Positions 52,201 through 63,057 of a DNA stretch of 64,000 bases are shown in pieces; position 1 is the stretch's first letter; each line of letters opens with the position of its first letter. This DNA is from Saccostrea echinata (Eukaryota): the NCBI RefSeq assembly GCF_033153115.1, contig NW_026889751.1, forward strand, positions 28,892,001 to 28,956,000, given 5' to 3'. The translations under genes were made by a program, and so were the position numbers. The notes beneath the pieces are model-generated. The model was not told the origin of the DNA and searched no databases. It saw nothing but the letters and a program-made list of their open reading frames with translations.

Positions 52201-55200
52201 GAAAATATCATGCATGTTATTGTATGAGGGTCATTCAAAAAGTTTGTAGACTTTTGTCAAAACATTTTTATTTGACGACATATTATAACCAAATTTGATA
52301 GACATACTTTAACAATAAATCCATGTAATTTGAATTGAAAAATTCAACTATATCATGACAAGTATCAAAATTAGTTAAAATTTAAATCTGCAAAAACAAG
52401 GTTACAGAGCATGGCCAAAACTGAGTAATTCTCTAAAAATACATTTAATTATGTCTATAGTTATATCTCTAATAAATGGGGCTTAAACGAAATAAAATTG
52501 AAACAGTCAAATACATTTTTGTTTTATAAGTATCAAATTGTAATGTTACAGTAATAGATAGCTTTGTTAGAGAGGAACCAATTTCAGAAGACAGGTAGTC
52601 ATCTTTGAAAAGAGTGAAAAGGTGATGTCAAAGGACGTCATGGGACAGTGAGTAGCGAAATAATTTTGTTTTGCACTCGAGAAACCTCTAAACAAATTCT
52701 GAAAATGATGGAGGAACCAAGAAATATATCGGAAGTGAGTCAAGCATTTGTTATTAATGGTAAAAATGTTTGAGTGGTAGAGAATTTGATTCGGACGTTG
52801 ACAGTCTGTGAGGAAACAGATTTTCATTAAAAAACTTGGTCAAAAGACTAAGTAAGGTCATGGAAAGTGATATGCGGCTTCATTGTTGTGGAACTTATAA
52901 AAGAGGAGTTATGCAGTAAAGAATTTAGAAACACTGAGAAACTAACTTATGCTACTCTTACAATTGTTATCAAACTATGTGTCAAGTATTATGGAGACCT
53001 TTTTAATGCATTAAAAAGGCACTACAACCCGTGTACAGTGTAGTTAAAAGTGCTCCGTGGTGACAAAACATGTTGAATTTAAAATTGAGTTACATGAGTT
53101 CCATTTAATCAATTGGAAAGAAACTTCACACATCAACAAAAAAAAAATGTTTTTGCACTTGAAAATGTGTTATCATAAATCTTGTAAAAATAATATCATG
53201 AAGAGCGATATTGACAACTAATTACTAAACTGTATGACAAACTGTGTGATTTCACCTTTTACATCATCAACTTCCCCTATTTATGTAGTAATATTCCAGC
53301 ATCACCTGCATATGGTGATTACCTCTCCTAACTGATTCAATATGCAATAGCATGCTCTGAATATAATTAATTTTTAAACTGAGATTTGAAGGGGCCTGGA
53401 CACAGATTTGAAGTTAATATTTTCTCATATTTTCTGTAAAATATCAATGCTTATATGTTGCTAAAGCATTTCACAAGGAAATATAATAAAAAACTTCTTT
53501 TATCTAGAAATTATTAAAATAACAAATTTCAGGACGCATTTGATTGACACATCCTTGCACTTTCACCAAGTAAACTTTATCCTTAATACTTAAGAAAAGT
53601 AGACATTTTGTTGTATATTAATGAAAAATATCAAAACTATAATCCAGAAAATTCAGAGTAAAAATGTGAGAAAGCAAAACCAGCTCCCCAGTATTGTCAG
53701 TCTGTGCTCAGTGATGTGTGCAGTTTAACAAATTGAACACACCCTGTAATTATTAATTTTACAATAACAGAGCTCATGTCCTGTTTACAAAAACAGTTTA
53801 CATTTCACAGGGTGTGTTCAATTTGATAAACTCTGAATGTGTCAATCAAACACGTCACGAAATTCATAGTTTCAATAATTTCCACATAAAATAAGTTTTT
53901 TTTATTATATTTCCATGTCAAATGCTATATAGCAAAATATACATGTAAGTCATGATATTATACAGAAAATTTGAGAAAATATTAACTTCGAATCTGTGTC
54001 CAGGCCCCTTTCAGCTATTGATAAGCTATTGACAAGTAAGTTGGTGTTACAAAGATTTAAACATGCAACCTCATTTAAAGTATATATCTATATTCGCATT
54101 ATGTCATTAACAAATAGTAAAACCAGAACCACACTTCCTTTTCCGAGATGTGATTTTTTAACTACATTGCTTTGACTTTTACTCGGTGTTTCAAATATCC
54201 AATGATGATTATACTACAAGTTGGTCTCGTCAACAAAAGTGTAACAGGAAATTAAGTAAAAGGGAAAGGATGGAAAAATGTAAGGTTGACAGAGACACGA
54301 TGAGGGAATAAAGATATAACATAAACAACATTTCTGTTGATGAGAATGTGCTGATAACATGAACCACAAGTATGCTATCAAAGCCGATGCGAGACGGACA
54401 GTCAAAGACTATTGTCGGCAGGCAAGGTGAATACTGATAGCTTGCAAGAGAAGGAATTGGCTACAATTTGACAGCGACAACTTTAATAAATTTCATTATT
54501 TCAAACATCAAAATATTAACTTTAAAAAATTATCACTTTAAATTTATAGACACCCCCCCTCCGCCCTGCAAACCCATCCGTTTATAAAGCACAATGCAAA
54601 AATATCTTTTTTATAGAATAGATTAGTAGTACAATGTAAATGAAAATAGTTTATTCACTTGCAGCACACTAATTTTCTGTACCCAGATCATTCAGTTTGC
54701 TAAAACCGGTTAATCATGGTCAGATTCATTGTCTCTAATTTTACTGAAAAGTGGTATATACATGTATATATATTTTTGAAAATCTAAAACAAGGTGAATT
54801 TTAGGGACAGTAGGTATTGGATGTGTATTATTATTGTTTTACATATGTACAACTTTATAAATACAATCAAACTACAAATGTATAGTAAAATATGGCAAGA
54901 TATTACTTTTGGGAGAAAAATTTCACAGGGGTCCCTATAGCGCAGAGCTTATATCATTAAAAGTAATGTGTCAATGTATAATTTTTTTTTAGCTAATTCT
55001 TTTCCTAAGATGTTATTTTGTAAAAAGAAAACACCTTCTCAAAGATTGAGTCCATAAAAATATTTTAAAATGACACAGACTGATCTGTGCAGCATATTTT
55101 CTTGTGTTACATTTTGATACGTTAGCCCAACAAAGTGCACATATTTTAATTCAAGCAAAACAATGATTAAATATGGTTTCTATTCTATTTTGAGTATTAA

Positions 55201-58200
55201 AGTATGACTGTCTAGATTTTAATTCGTATTTACATTGTATTGACAAATTTGAAGACAGATACCTTTTCTTAAATTTCAGTATTTTGCGTTTCGGGGTATA
55301 TACTGCTGAGAGGCAATAGCAGAAAAATAAGCATGTTGACATATAATTTTTCTTATGGCTATCTATTGCTGGTACATGTATGTATGTCTATATTATGAAA
55401 GCAAGTTTTTTTCAAACTTGAGCTCATTTAGTGTCAAGTATAGAACTACCTTAAGTCAGCTTTTTGCAAATTTTATGGTTACTTTAATGACCTTATTTGT
55501 AAATACAAAGTAATAACTTTGGTCAAATTTTGTCTGACATGTTTCATACCTTTTTTTTTTTTTCATTGACAATCTCAATAATAACCCGTTAACACATGTA
55601 CAACACTAACAAACAAGAGACCAATGGGCCACAACACTCACCTCAGTATCTATGGCTCTGTTGTTCTTTAATTAGCAGATTTTTTCCCTTATCTTTATGT
55701 TAAACTTTATTAACATATTGTGGCCCTACCCCAACCATGTGATTTGAAAAAAAAACCTTGAATCTATACAATCTGAAGACGATTCAATATCAATATGACT
55801 AATTTAAAGTCTTTTTCCTATACTTATTGTTGCCCAAGCCTACCTCCTGGGTCATGATTTGATAAAAAAAAAATTGATGTACATTCATGTACATGCAGCT
55901 AACCTGTTTAATTCTGTCAAGGACTGACTCAACCATGAAAACAATGATAATTGATTTTCAACATAAAATGATGAAATAACAGTTATCTTAATTAGTCTTA
56001 AATTTTGCCCTATAAAATTAATTTGCTTGATTTTTCTTTTTCATCCTTATTTTCTATAAGCAAATTTTCATAATTCTAGTGAGAAGAGTTGTCCCCCTTT
56101 AAATATTAATATTTCTTTAAAACACATTTTCTCAGGCTTTTTTTTTTTTTTGGCTTGAGTAAGTTATAGGTAGAGTGTTTGTGTAAATCAGTATATACCT
56201 GGAAGGTAAATTTGGGGGTGGATTCTTCCTCACATAGTTCAGTGTCCCCTGCTTATCTCTGACTCGCTGCAATTCTTCAATCAATTCTCCAACTCTGAAA
56301 AATATTCACATAGGTTCAAAATTTTCAGCATGTAATAACTCTTAGAAAATTGGATTTTATAACATGTGCTCTAGTTATAGAATGGCTGCATATTCGTCTT
56401 TATGAGCAATTCTACTAAAGTTATTGCCGAGATCAAAGAAATGCTGCAGACATTATTCTCCAATAAATCAAGAACGTCATCAAAAAATTATCAGATCAGA
56501 AATACATATCAAACCTGTACAGTTGAAATGAATATTCGACTTTAGAATCTAATACTTATTAAGACTATATCGATGTGTCATCCTCCATAATCCAAACAGT
56601 GTGTATTGCTTAAAGCAGCTGATAAATATCGGCACGATTTTTTTTAGCTAAATGGAGCTGTTCCATGGACCTGCCCAGAACATTCATACTATGTGATTTT
56701 ACTGATAAAGCAATAAAATAGACTGATTTTGCTATTTTACATTCAAAAAAATTAAACAAATTTATAAACAAAGGTTGTTTTTAATCCAACGAAAGCTCAA
56801 ATTGTCTGCATTCCATTGCAATAGATACACAAGTAAACTAAACCCCCTGTCAAGCCTCATCTAGAGAAACAAATGAACTCTGGCGGAAGTTTGACAAGTA
56901 GGCTAAACAAACTAATAGACCCTCTGGTGTTAAATGGAACAGCCTAATCGTGACATGGTGACCTAATTCTTTCTCTATAGAGGAAACGATCAACATATTT
57001 TAGAGCTGTTAGTAGAATGGAAATAAAGTTCTTGTTGTCATGAATGATGCAGGATAACCTCCTTGGTCTTGAAATATTGTTTGAAATATAAAAGCCTAGG
57101 CTAACACCTCAGCTTTTATTTTTCAAACAACATTTCTTGACCTTGGAGGTTATCCTGCATCATTCACGAAAACGCCAACTTTTTTCTTAAATAGCATTTA
57201 CTTCCTCATCATAATAAGTAATGTATGTGGTCCATTCCTTACCTGTGAGCGTTCCCAGCTACCTCTGCTGCTTTGACTGACAGGTCAATTAGGCGAGTAA
57301 AACAGTTGATGAGGTACATAATCACAAAGGAATTCTACAAAAAAATATTTTATATCTCAAATTTCATGTAGAGCTTACAAATCACCACAATTCTGAATTT
57401 AAATGGCATGCAACAAAAATTAGCCTTCACAGAGTATACTGCTGCTAACTCTGTATGAACAGTAATGTTTTAAAAGAAATTTTCATAGTTTTGTTTGTTT
57501 GTCAAGAATTTTTCACTCTTATCGAGACTCCACCACTTGCCAGTGGAGGGCTGCAAATTAAGACCAGTCCTATACTCGGCACTCAGGGCCATTAAACAGT
57601 GAGGCATCTTTTTTTGTGCCAGCACCTACTGCGACACAGGACCTCGGTTTACATGGTCTCATCTGAAGGACCAGTTTCCATGTCCCCCAGTGTGATTTGA
57701 ACCCGCAACGTATGGATCAATTACTCTGCGACTCTAGAGCAAATGCTCTAACCACTGCACCTCACGGTTGACAAATTTTCTTAGTGATTATGATGAAAGA
57801 GAATTGTGTACTCACAGCACTGATGAGAGAGGAAAAATCAGCTGGTGACTTGTTGTCATAATCGCCATGGAAAATGGGGAAGGCAAGAAGAATATAACTC
57901 AGTATACTACCAAGGTAATCAAACAAATTCACAGAAACTACAAGAAGAAAATGGCACAATGAATTTAGAGAGTATGTCTTAGTATATCCTCATGATATGC
58001 CTAACAGCAAATAAGGAAACAAATAAAGAATGTCCAAGTGATAACACATTTAAGATTTTTAAATGTCTCATTTTTTTATTATTTATCTGGAATACAGTTG
58101 GAGGATCATAAATATACTTACAATTGAGTGCATACTGCCGTAATATCAGATGGTGTTGAGTCTTCAGTAGTTTATGGAGTCTCTGGTCTGTGTAGAATTT

Positions 58201-61200
58201 CTCTATTTCTCCTGATCTATAAAACGCTGCAGACTCTGCATTAGCCCGCAGCAACATGTGCTTAAATCTGAAATATAAACAGAAGTGGTGCACTGTGCTT
58301 AAATCTGAAATACATGTATGTGTATGTACGAAAACTGAGGATGGAACATTGTTATATTCTTTCAAACAAGAAAAGGATTTTCATTGACTTAAGACAAAAT
58401 AAAAAGTGTGAAAACGTGGATTTTAATTTTTAAATGTTATTGTCTGCAAAGGATAACAAGCAGATTAACTTTAGCATTTTCAAAGTACTTCTCACTTTTT
58501 TCTTAAGACAGGTACGCAGAAAAATCAATAGCTAATTATTCAATGCAGAAGGTTTATAAAGAAAAAAAAACTTTATTTTACAAATGCTGAAACCCCTTAA
58601 ATTTGGAAACATGCTTATCCACCAAAAGTTTACCTGGTCATGCTAGGTCAACAAGTTTAGTAGAATGCATACATAATTACCTGTAATTTCCCTCCATTTT
58701 CTCTCTTCTGAACACATACTGCACAACTGGTGACATCAGAAGCTTGTTAATCACCGTGGCAACAATGAAGAATGATAGGACACCCACAGGGCCCAGGTAA
58801 CTTGTGCTGCAACAGAAAAAATTTCAGGAGTGATACATGTTTATCAATGTATATACACAAATTAAACTGATGGATCAACTCTTTGACGATAGTCACATTA
58901 GATTATTTTATGTACAGGGTACCCCTGTCATCCTACACACTTTAGTGATTTTTACTTGACTTTTAATCTTAAAATTGGTAGGCTTTGTAACAAATTTTCT
59001 GGATTGAAAGGACTTGACTGAACTGGTAGTACGCGATGTACCGACCTTTCTACACTTTTGTAGAGGTAGTATGCAATGGTGAAGGGAGCTATGATGATCG
59101 GAGCGAAGATCTGACTGAAGTTATCACACATCCGGTCCAGGTCCTGCGTGATTCGCTGATCCCTAGAGATGGAAATATACAACTGCAGTGGAACTTAGGT
59201 GGAAGAATACAATTTGTGTTCCCAAATAAATTTCAAATAAAATGTTCTAGCATTAAAAGTGTTCAGCCTCAACTTCAAAAAATCACATTAAAGTTTGCAT
59301 GTAATGACATACTATGCGTAATTCACGTTTCTATGATACATACTAGGGATGTCAATGAGAACCCAGTTAACCGGGTACTTGATCGAACGTCCAAGTATCG
59401 AATACTAAAAATGGTACTCGGTTACTCGGAAGTATATTTTTTTCTTGTTTCAAAGTACATATTTTTATCAAAAACTTACAAAAAATTATTAAATATTCAT
59501 ACGGTAATTAGCGTGTCGTCATCTACACCTGTAAAACACCCATTATCGCCTGTGGCTGTGTATATACAGTAATTAATGACCAATCACCTGGTACACAGCT
59601 GTTCTCACCTATTGTGGTCCTTAATTTTTGGATGGCTTCAATGATTGTTTTCAGTAAACATAGTTGAAGTATGGTCTATTATATTCAAATCGTTTTTAAA
59701 TTATTTAATTAATATACGGTAGCGAAATCAGACATGCATAGAAATACAGCTACCTACTTCAAAATACCGCTACCTACTTCAAAAGTGAAGAAATATTTAG
59801 AAATAATTAAAGATTTTAAAGAATTTGAAAGTCAGTTTGCGTAGTAGGTTTAGTGGGAAACAACCAAATTATGAAATAATATTAGATTAGCGATCCCAAC
59901 AATGTCTTTTCCTTCTCTTTCGTTTGTCTAACATCACAAAACTGCGTAACAGATTGTCCTTTTGCATTGATGAAATAGGTCCTAAACAAGAACTGTAAAC
60001 CATTTTTATTTTTTTTATGTATTAATTGTGTCTTTTGAGTTTATTTGATAAATAAATTTGGTACCAAAAAATCATTTCCCTTTGACTCAGTTATATACAT
60101 TAATAAACGTGAAAAAAACAGCTTTGGGATTTGACAGAGCTTAACCGGGCTCAAGAAAATTAATACATTGTCTTGTACTTTCATTTTTACCGAGTACCCG
60201 GGTACTCGATCGGAAAAACGTCCGAGTAACCGATTATCAAAAATTGACCGATTTGACATCTCTAATACATACGGATTGTCAATTTTCCCTGCCACATTGA
60301 CATTGTAATAGACGAGATCTGTGAAATACAGTTTGTGGATTTTGGCATTGATACAACCTCTCCATTTTATGTACAGAACAGAAGCAAGATAGACAGTGGA
60401 AGCTTTTATCTACAAAATAAGAAAAGTGTAGTTGGGTCAAGATAACACACTAACCTGAGCCACATAATTACAAAGAAATACTGTATGAATGAGAAAAAAT
60501 CATCCTTTTTGCCTTGTCACAAGTGGGCAAATTTAAAATGGAGCCAAATAAAACAAGAAGAAGTTATCTCTTTATCACAACTGTTGTCCAGGTTGCAAGT
60601 GTGAAAGAGCAAAAATAACGTGGGACAAAAATAACCTTGTATACACTAGTTCTTAAAAGTTTTGGACATTGACCCCCCCCCCTTCAACCAAACAGCACAA
60701 AAACTATTGCATACCCGGTAGTATTCTCTCCTCATTAAGTTTTAAAGAAGATTTCACTAATACACTTCAGTATAAAACATTGGACTCTCAATATAGTCTA
60801 ATTCTGGCCAAATGTAGCATTCATATGCATTTTTTTCATTTTCTTGTCAACTGGTTTAAGAGAAAATGATGTTTACATTGACCTTCTTTACTCCATAATT
60901 CATCTATTAAAATGAAGTTTTGCACTTGAACCATTATAACAACTTTATCTATGTGTAATGGTTTGGACCATGGATATCGGCCTGGGTAGCTCAGTTGGTA
61001 GAACCTGACTAGTGATGCAGGGGTTCTGGGTTCGATTCTTGGTCCAGTTATACATTTTCTCCTTTCTCGTTACATATGGAATATTTTTGGTCAAAAAATG
61101 AAAATGATCCAGTGGTTTAGAGAAAAATTACATGCTTACAGACAGATTAATAGTAGATAATTTCTGAAGAAACTCTGATTAAGTAACATATAACTGATAA

Positions 61201-61453
61201 ACACCACCAAAGGTGATCACTGGTCAAGTTTTCAAATTTGGCAATTAACAAATAGAAGTAACAAGTTTAAAAAGCTTTTAAAAATCTTCTACTCAAAATA
61301 ACACTCGTTATGCAGTTGAACTTACGAAGGCCTCTGCAATAATAAGAATGACAGCCATGATGGTTTTCTCTCTGAATCCTCTCATATCTCGGTCACCAAA
61401 AACTTTGTAATATTTGGACGGGATGTTGCCAATGTAGAAAATGACCACTTGTT
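42411..61453 (-). CDS. ABCD4: Lysosomal cobalamin exporter ABCD4 (ABC half transporter); 15 coding exons in the window (~564 aa), first ~50 aa lie beyond the right edge
   Basis: Exons 61326-61453, 60273-60409, 59046-59162, 58681-58806, 58122-58267, 57816-57937, 57243-57334, 56199-56294, 48054-48166, 46840-46950, 46659-46750, 46478-46514, 46081-46183, 43661-43737 and 42411-42607, all GT-AG and phase-consistent. Motifs: IDNPDQRITQD, EAA loop [27 protein letters not shown], Walker [26 protein letters not shown]4-type signature [11 protein letters not shown], Walker B VLDEATS, SVGHR. Confidence 0.96.
42858..43651 (+). mobile_element. Intact non-autonomous Helentron/Helitron-like element carrying ~2.7 copies of a 166-bp Cg170-like satellite
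   Basis: 5' AACAAGAGGCCCATGGGCCACAGCGCTCACCTGAG, 166-bp units (43111 to 43277), a (GACG/GACA)n microsatellite, and 3' hairpin AAAAGCTCACTTGAGCTTTCAGCTCAGGTGAGCTAA. The subterminal inverted repeat is CTCACCTGAG/CTCAGGTGAG. Confidence 0.88.
43921..45075 (+). mobile_element. Older Helentron-like element with diverged satellite units, truncated by the 32-bp minisatellite
   Basis: CAAGAGGCCCAAGGGCCTTAACGGTCACCTGAG start, with repeated CAGAACCCCTGACCCAGG.GCCATGAAATTCACAATTTTGGAAGAGG units at ~44520, 44830 and 45000. Confidence 0.65.
45077..46088. repeat. 32-bp minisatellite, ~31-32 copies, beginning inside an ABCD4 exon and containing its splice donor
   Basis: + strand unit TATAACTCACCAATCAT(G/T)GATGGTCTACATAC; on the - strand each unit reads ...CATGATTG|GT(G/A)(A/G)GTTATA. 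Confidence 0.95.
47727..47943. mobile_element. Small MITE with an internal TTAGGG-like hairpin
   Basis: 14-bp perfect TIR AGATAATTTCTGTG / CACAGAAATTATCT; internal ACCCTAGCTC...GAGCTAGGGT stem. Confidence 0.6.
48545..49390 (+). mobile_element. Helentron-like element (~48679-49302) nested inside the 3' part of an older copy of the same family
   Basis: The outer copy reads ...GGTTCTGGAGAAGATGA|insert|AATGTGAAAAGTTTA...GCTCAAGTGAGCAAAAA. The insert runs from CAAGAGGCCCATGGG to TTCAGGTGAGCTC. Confidence 0.75.
50385..52073 (+). CDS. RING-less TRIM-like protein (B-box1, B-box2, coiled coil, NHL/beta-propeller), 562 aa, intronless CDS, nested antisense in an ABCD4 intron
   Basis: ATG at 50385 (the ORF caller's TTG start at 50379 is upstream). 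B-box1 CDLC...HCDTC...CTAC..KH, B-box2 CTFH....[16 protein letters not shown]....H.GH, helical region, and NHL-like repeats ([39 protein letters not shown]). An acceptor CTAG at 50368-50371 suggests a 5' UTR intron. Confidence 0.93.
   Translation: MDPRTSAQDVMRCDLCETAVVQMHCDTCLVNLCTACVGKHMISDESKRHEIVPFKLRKSTPLYPGCTFHDKEQCEMYCNQCDIPVCATCLASDQHLGHKLLKILQVLDEKRDKIIKEQTELNDTIYPTYQDIASDVQNRMSQLEKEYGDLSTAITKHGEDWHREIDKLVKKLKAEVDEMKNTQLQTLQKHLDEINKTMSDIKDEINSSYTVVDSNEISKLFNFTTVIETYKNLPHKIVLSLPKFRPDKIQGKELSKLFGSLSSSSLTSDKHGYSMKRTQKSTEAGSSPPVKQLLDEPETVTTIDTGYDRLYSVACLSDEEIWTSGNGSTMKLYSINQGSLLKSITTMSGNRPYDIAVTKSGDLVYTDYIDRTVNIVKNEKVEEVIRLQNWIPTGVCSTSSGDLLVILDSIDRKPTKVVCYSGSTEKQTIQFDDKGKPLYSCSYSGRYITGNRNLDICVSDYVANAVVVVNQAGKLRFRYTGHTPAPKNKPFTPQGITTDSQSHILTADNNNECVHIIDQDGQFLRYLDSGLKNPIGLCIDTNENLLIAQNHKGQMKKIKYLQ
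52223..52900 (+). mobile_element. Decayed mariner-type transposon (TIR plus transposase N-terminal HTH relic)
   Basis: Mariner-like left end TATGAGGGTCATTCAAAAAGTTTG. With stops and frameshifts, 52625-52810 translates as [19 protein letters not shown]...VSQAFV/..W*KCLSGRE, resembling the Mos1-type EQRxxIKFCxxLGK...SRxxVxxWxxxFxxGRE HTH. The right end was not identified. Confidence 0.55.
53221..54080 (+). pseudogene. Reverse-transcriptase relic (Penelope-like retroelement C-terminal region) split by a foldback MITE
   Basis: 53221-53383 translates [51 protein letters not shown] and resumes after the MITE as [12 protein letters not shown] (~54023-54058). This matches the recalled motif LYDKRDDFxFxIVNFPxLxSNIPxxPAYGVYISQLIRYARAC...LLTxKLxxQG. 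Confidence 0.7.
53389..54010. mobile_element. Foldback MITE with ~165-bp imperfect TIRs and an inner hairpin (Kolobok-like ends)
   Basis: AAGGGGCCTGGACACAGATTTGAAGTTAATATTTT... / ...AAAATATTAACTTCGAATCTGTGTCCAGGCCCCTT; inner stem AAATTGAACACACCCTG / CAGGGTGTGTTCAATTT. Confidence 0.85.
55613..55865 (+). mobile_element. 5' fragment of a Helentron-like/Cg170 element
   Basis: ACAAGAGACCAATGGGCCACAACACTCACCTCAG followed by decayed TATTGTGGCCC...ATGATTTGA units. Confidence 0.55.
57025..57183. mobile_element. ~160-bp palindromic (hairpin) element
   Basis: TGAATGATGCAGGATAACCTCC...TTGTTTGAAATATAAAAGC pairs with GCTTTTATTTTTCAAACAA...GGAGGTTATCCTGCATCATTCA. Confidence 0.75.
57489..57772 (-). mobile_element. 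Full-length tRNA-derived SINE (bivalve type) with TSD
   Basis: On the - strand: A-box GGTGCAGTGGTTAGAGC, B-box GGGTTCAAATC, core GCCTCACTG...AATGGCCCTGAGTGCCGAGTATAGG...TTTGCAGCCCT, and an (AAAC)n tail. TSD AAATTTTC(A/T)TAG at 57477-57488 and 57773-57784. Confidence 0.85.
59344..60264. mobile_element. hAT-type MITE whose 8-bp TSD is the ABCD4 splice donor
   Basis: TIRs TAGGGATGTCAA / TTGACATCTCTA, subterminal GAGTA/TACTC/TAACCG repeats, and TSD ATACATAC at 59336-59343 and 60265-60272. Confidence 0.9.
60954..61074 (+). mobile_element. 121-bp TGTAA...TTACA element with 4-bp TSD, containing a tRNA-Thr(AGT)-derived sequence (60979-61050)
   Basis: TSD TATG (60950-60953, 61075-61078). Internal GGCCTGGGTAGCTCAGTTGGTAGAAC-CTGACTAGTGATGCAGG-GGTTCTGGGTTCGATTCTTGG carries Pol III A and B boxes, but the stems are imperfect, so it is not a functional tRNA. 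Confidence 0.7.
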
Positions 61454-61483
61454 CTGAAATGAATCACACACACTAGTAATTTG

Positions 61484-63057
61484 TGTTGCGCCTGCATAGC
61501 AAACCTTTAGTGTTGTTTAGAATGTATGTTTCTTAGTTATGTTTTCATTATAGAACTAAAGATGCATGTTTACACTTGGAACAACAAATGTCAGTGTTTC
61601 ATTTTGATTATGTGGATTACGTTTACCTGTAGTATATATTTCCACTTTTCTCTATTCTAGAAGAGTGTCTCTTAAAATTATTATGTCTTGTAGAACTTAG
61701 CATCAAAAGATTTATTTATTACTGGGATTTCGTTATATGATAACTGGAAATGCATGAGATTCAATAATTGCGAAAACTGTATGGTAGAGATGAATATATC
61801 CGGATTGTTAGCAGACGAGTAGTTTCTGGATATATAACTCTAGAAATAATAAGCTTAAAATAATTATAAAATTATAGTTATATAAAATAGATCTTTTGGA
61901 GTATTATTAGTAGGTTGGTTTATCCTAGTTTATTGATAAAAGTATTGTTTTTGGAGTTTTACATTTTACATATGACGTAGTCGCAGCATCACTGCGTCAC
62001 AGTATAAAAGCAGCAAACTCGAAGCGTCGTCGTCAGATCTCCTCCAGAAAAATAAAGCAAAAGTCGGTGTTGATCGGTGCCAGTAAAGTTTAAGGTAAAT
62101 TCATATTTTAGATAAGTTTGAAAAAGTTAAAAAAAAAAAACCTTCTTAGCCTATTTAGAAATAGTTTATTAAAATGTAATTCTTTAGAAAATATTTGAGA
62201 ATTTTTATTAGCTTTAAAGTATTCAGATATTGACTACTCGGTGTGAGATTCTGAGCCAAAGTTTGTTTCTTAAATTATTAGAATAAATTTTAGTATTATT
62301 GACTGTGCAAGTTTAGAATAATTAATTCCGTTTTTATTGAGATTTAGCTAAAGTTAATTTACGGTGCAGTTTGGCACCGGTGGCACCGAGCACCGGGTAG
62401 CACCGTGCACCTGGTCGCACCAAGCACCGAGTAGTATATATTAGACCATTCTAAGTTGCATAGGTTATAAATTATGGTTGGCATTAGCACAAGAACTTTC
62501 CTATCTACGCATGACATGCTAGCATAGGATGGGGGGGTGGACTTTTTGTTATTAAGAAGTAGATATTTGGATTTCAGATATAGTTCTGATTACAGTATCA
62601 GAGTTCCTGATTGTGCCTGTATAGTTATACTTAGTAGTAGCAGCAGATAGCACCAAACATCTTGAAGCTCCAGAAATCGAGAAGTAGCACAGAACACCTA
62701 GTAGCACCGGAAACCGAGTAGCACCGAACACCGAGTAGGCCCGAGCACCGAGAAGCACCGAGTAGCACCGAACACTGAGCTCCGTGGAATTTCGGCAGTA
62801 TACTTAATATTGAAGAGACATTTTAAATATTTATTGAACTTTATTGTCTTTGATGCTATAATAAATATATGTACTGATGCTATAATAAATATATGTATTA
62901 ACTGTTTATATATATTTCTTTCCTTTATTAAAACTAGGTACCTTCGAACCCAACTATTGTAACGTGCCTCATAGGTACCGAGTTGATATAAAATTACACG
63001 TTACAATTGGTGGCAGCGAATTTATTTATATTTACTTATAAAACCCAAAACGTTACA
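61484..63057 (+). mobile_element. Solo LTR (Gypsy-like, ~1.57 kb)
   Basis: Ends TGTTGCG...CGTTACA with 4-bp TSD TTTG (61480-61483, 63058-63061). Internal TATA box (TATAAAAG at ~62003), GCACCGAGTA-type subrepeats (62370-62430, 62685-62780), a duplicated AATAAA-containing segment (62850-62897) and a PBS-like TGGTGGCAGCG at 63008-63018. Confidence 0.72.

Noticed and set aside
60979-61050. Functional tRNA gene
   Set aside because: The acceptor, D and T stems have mismatches and the anticodon arm has an extra base. It is embedded in a TSD-flanked element, so it is reported as tRNA-derived.
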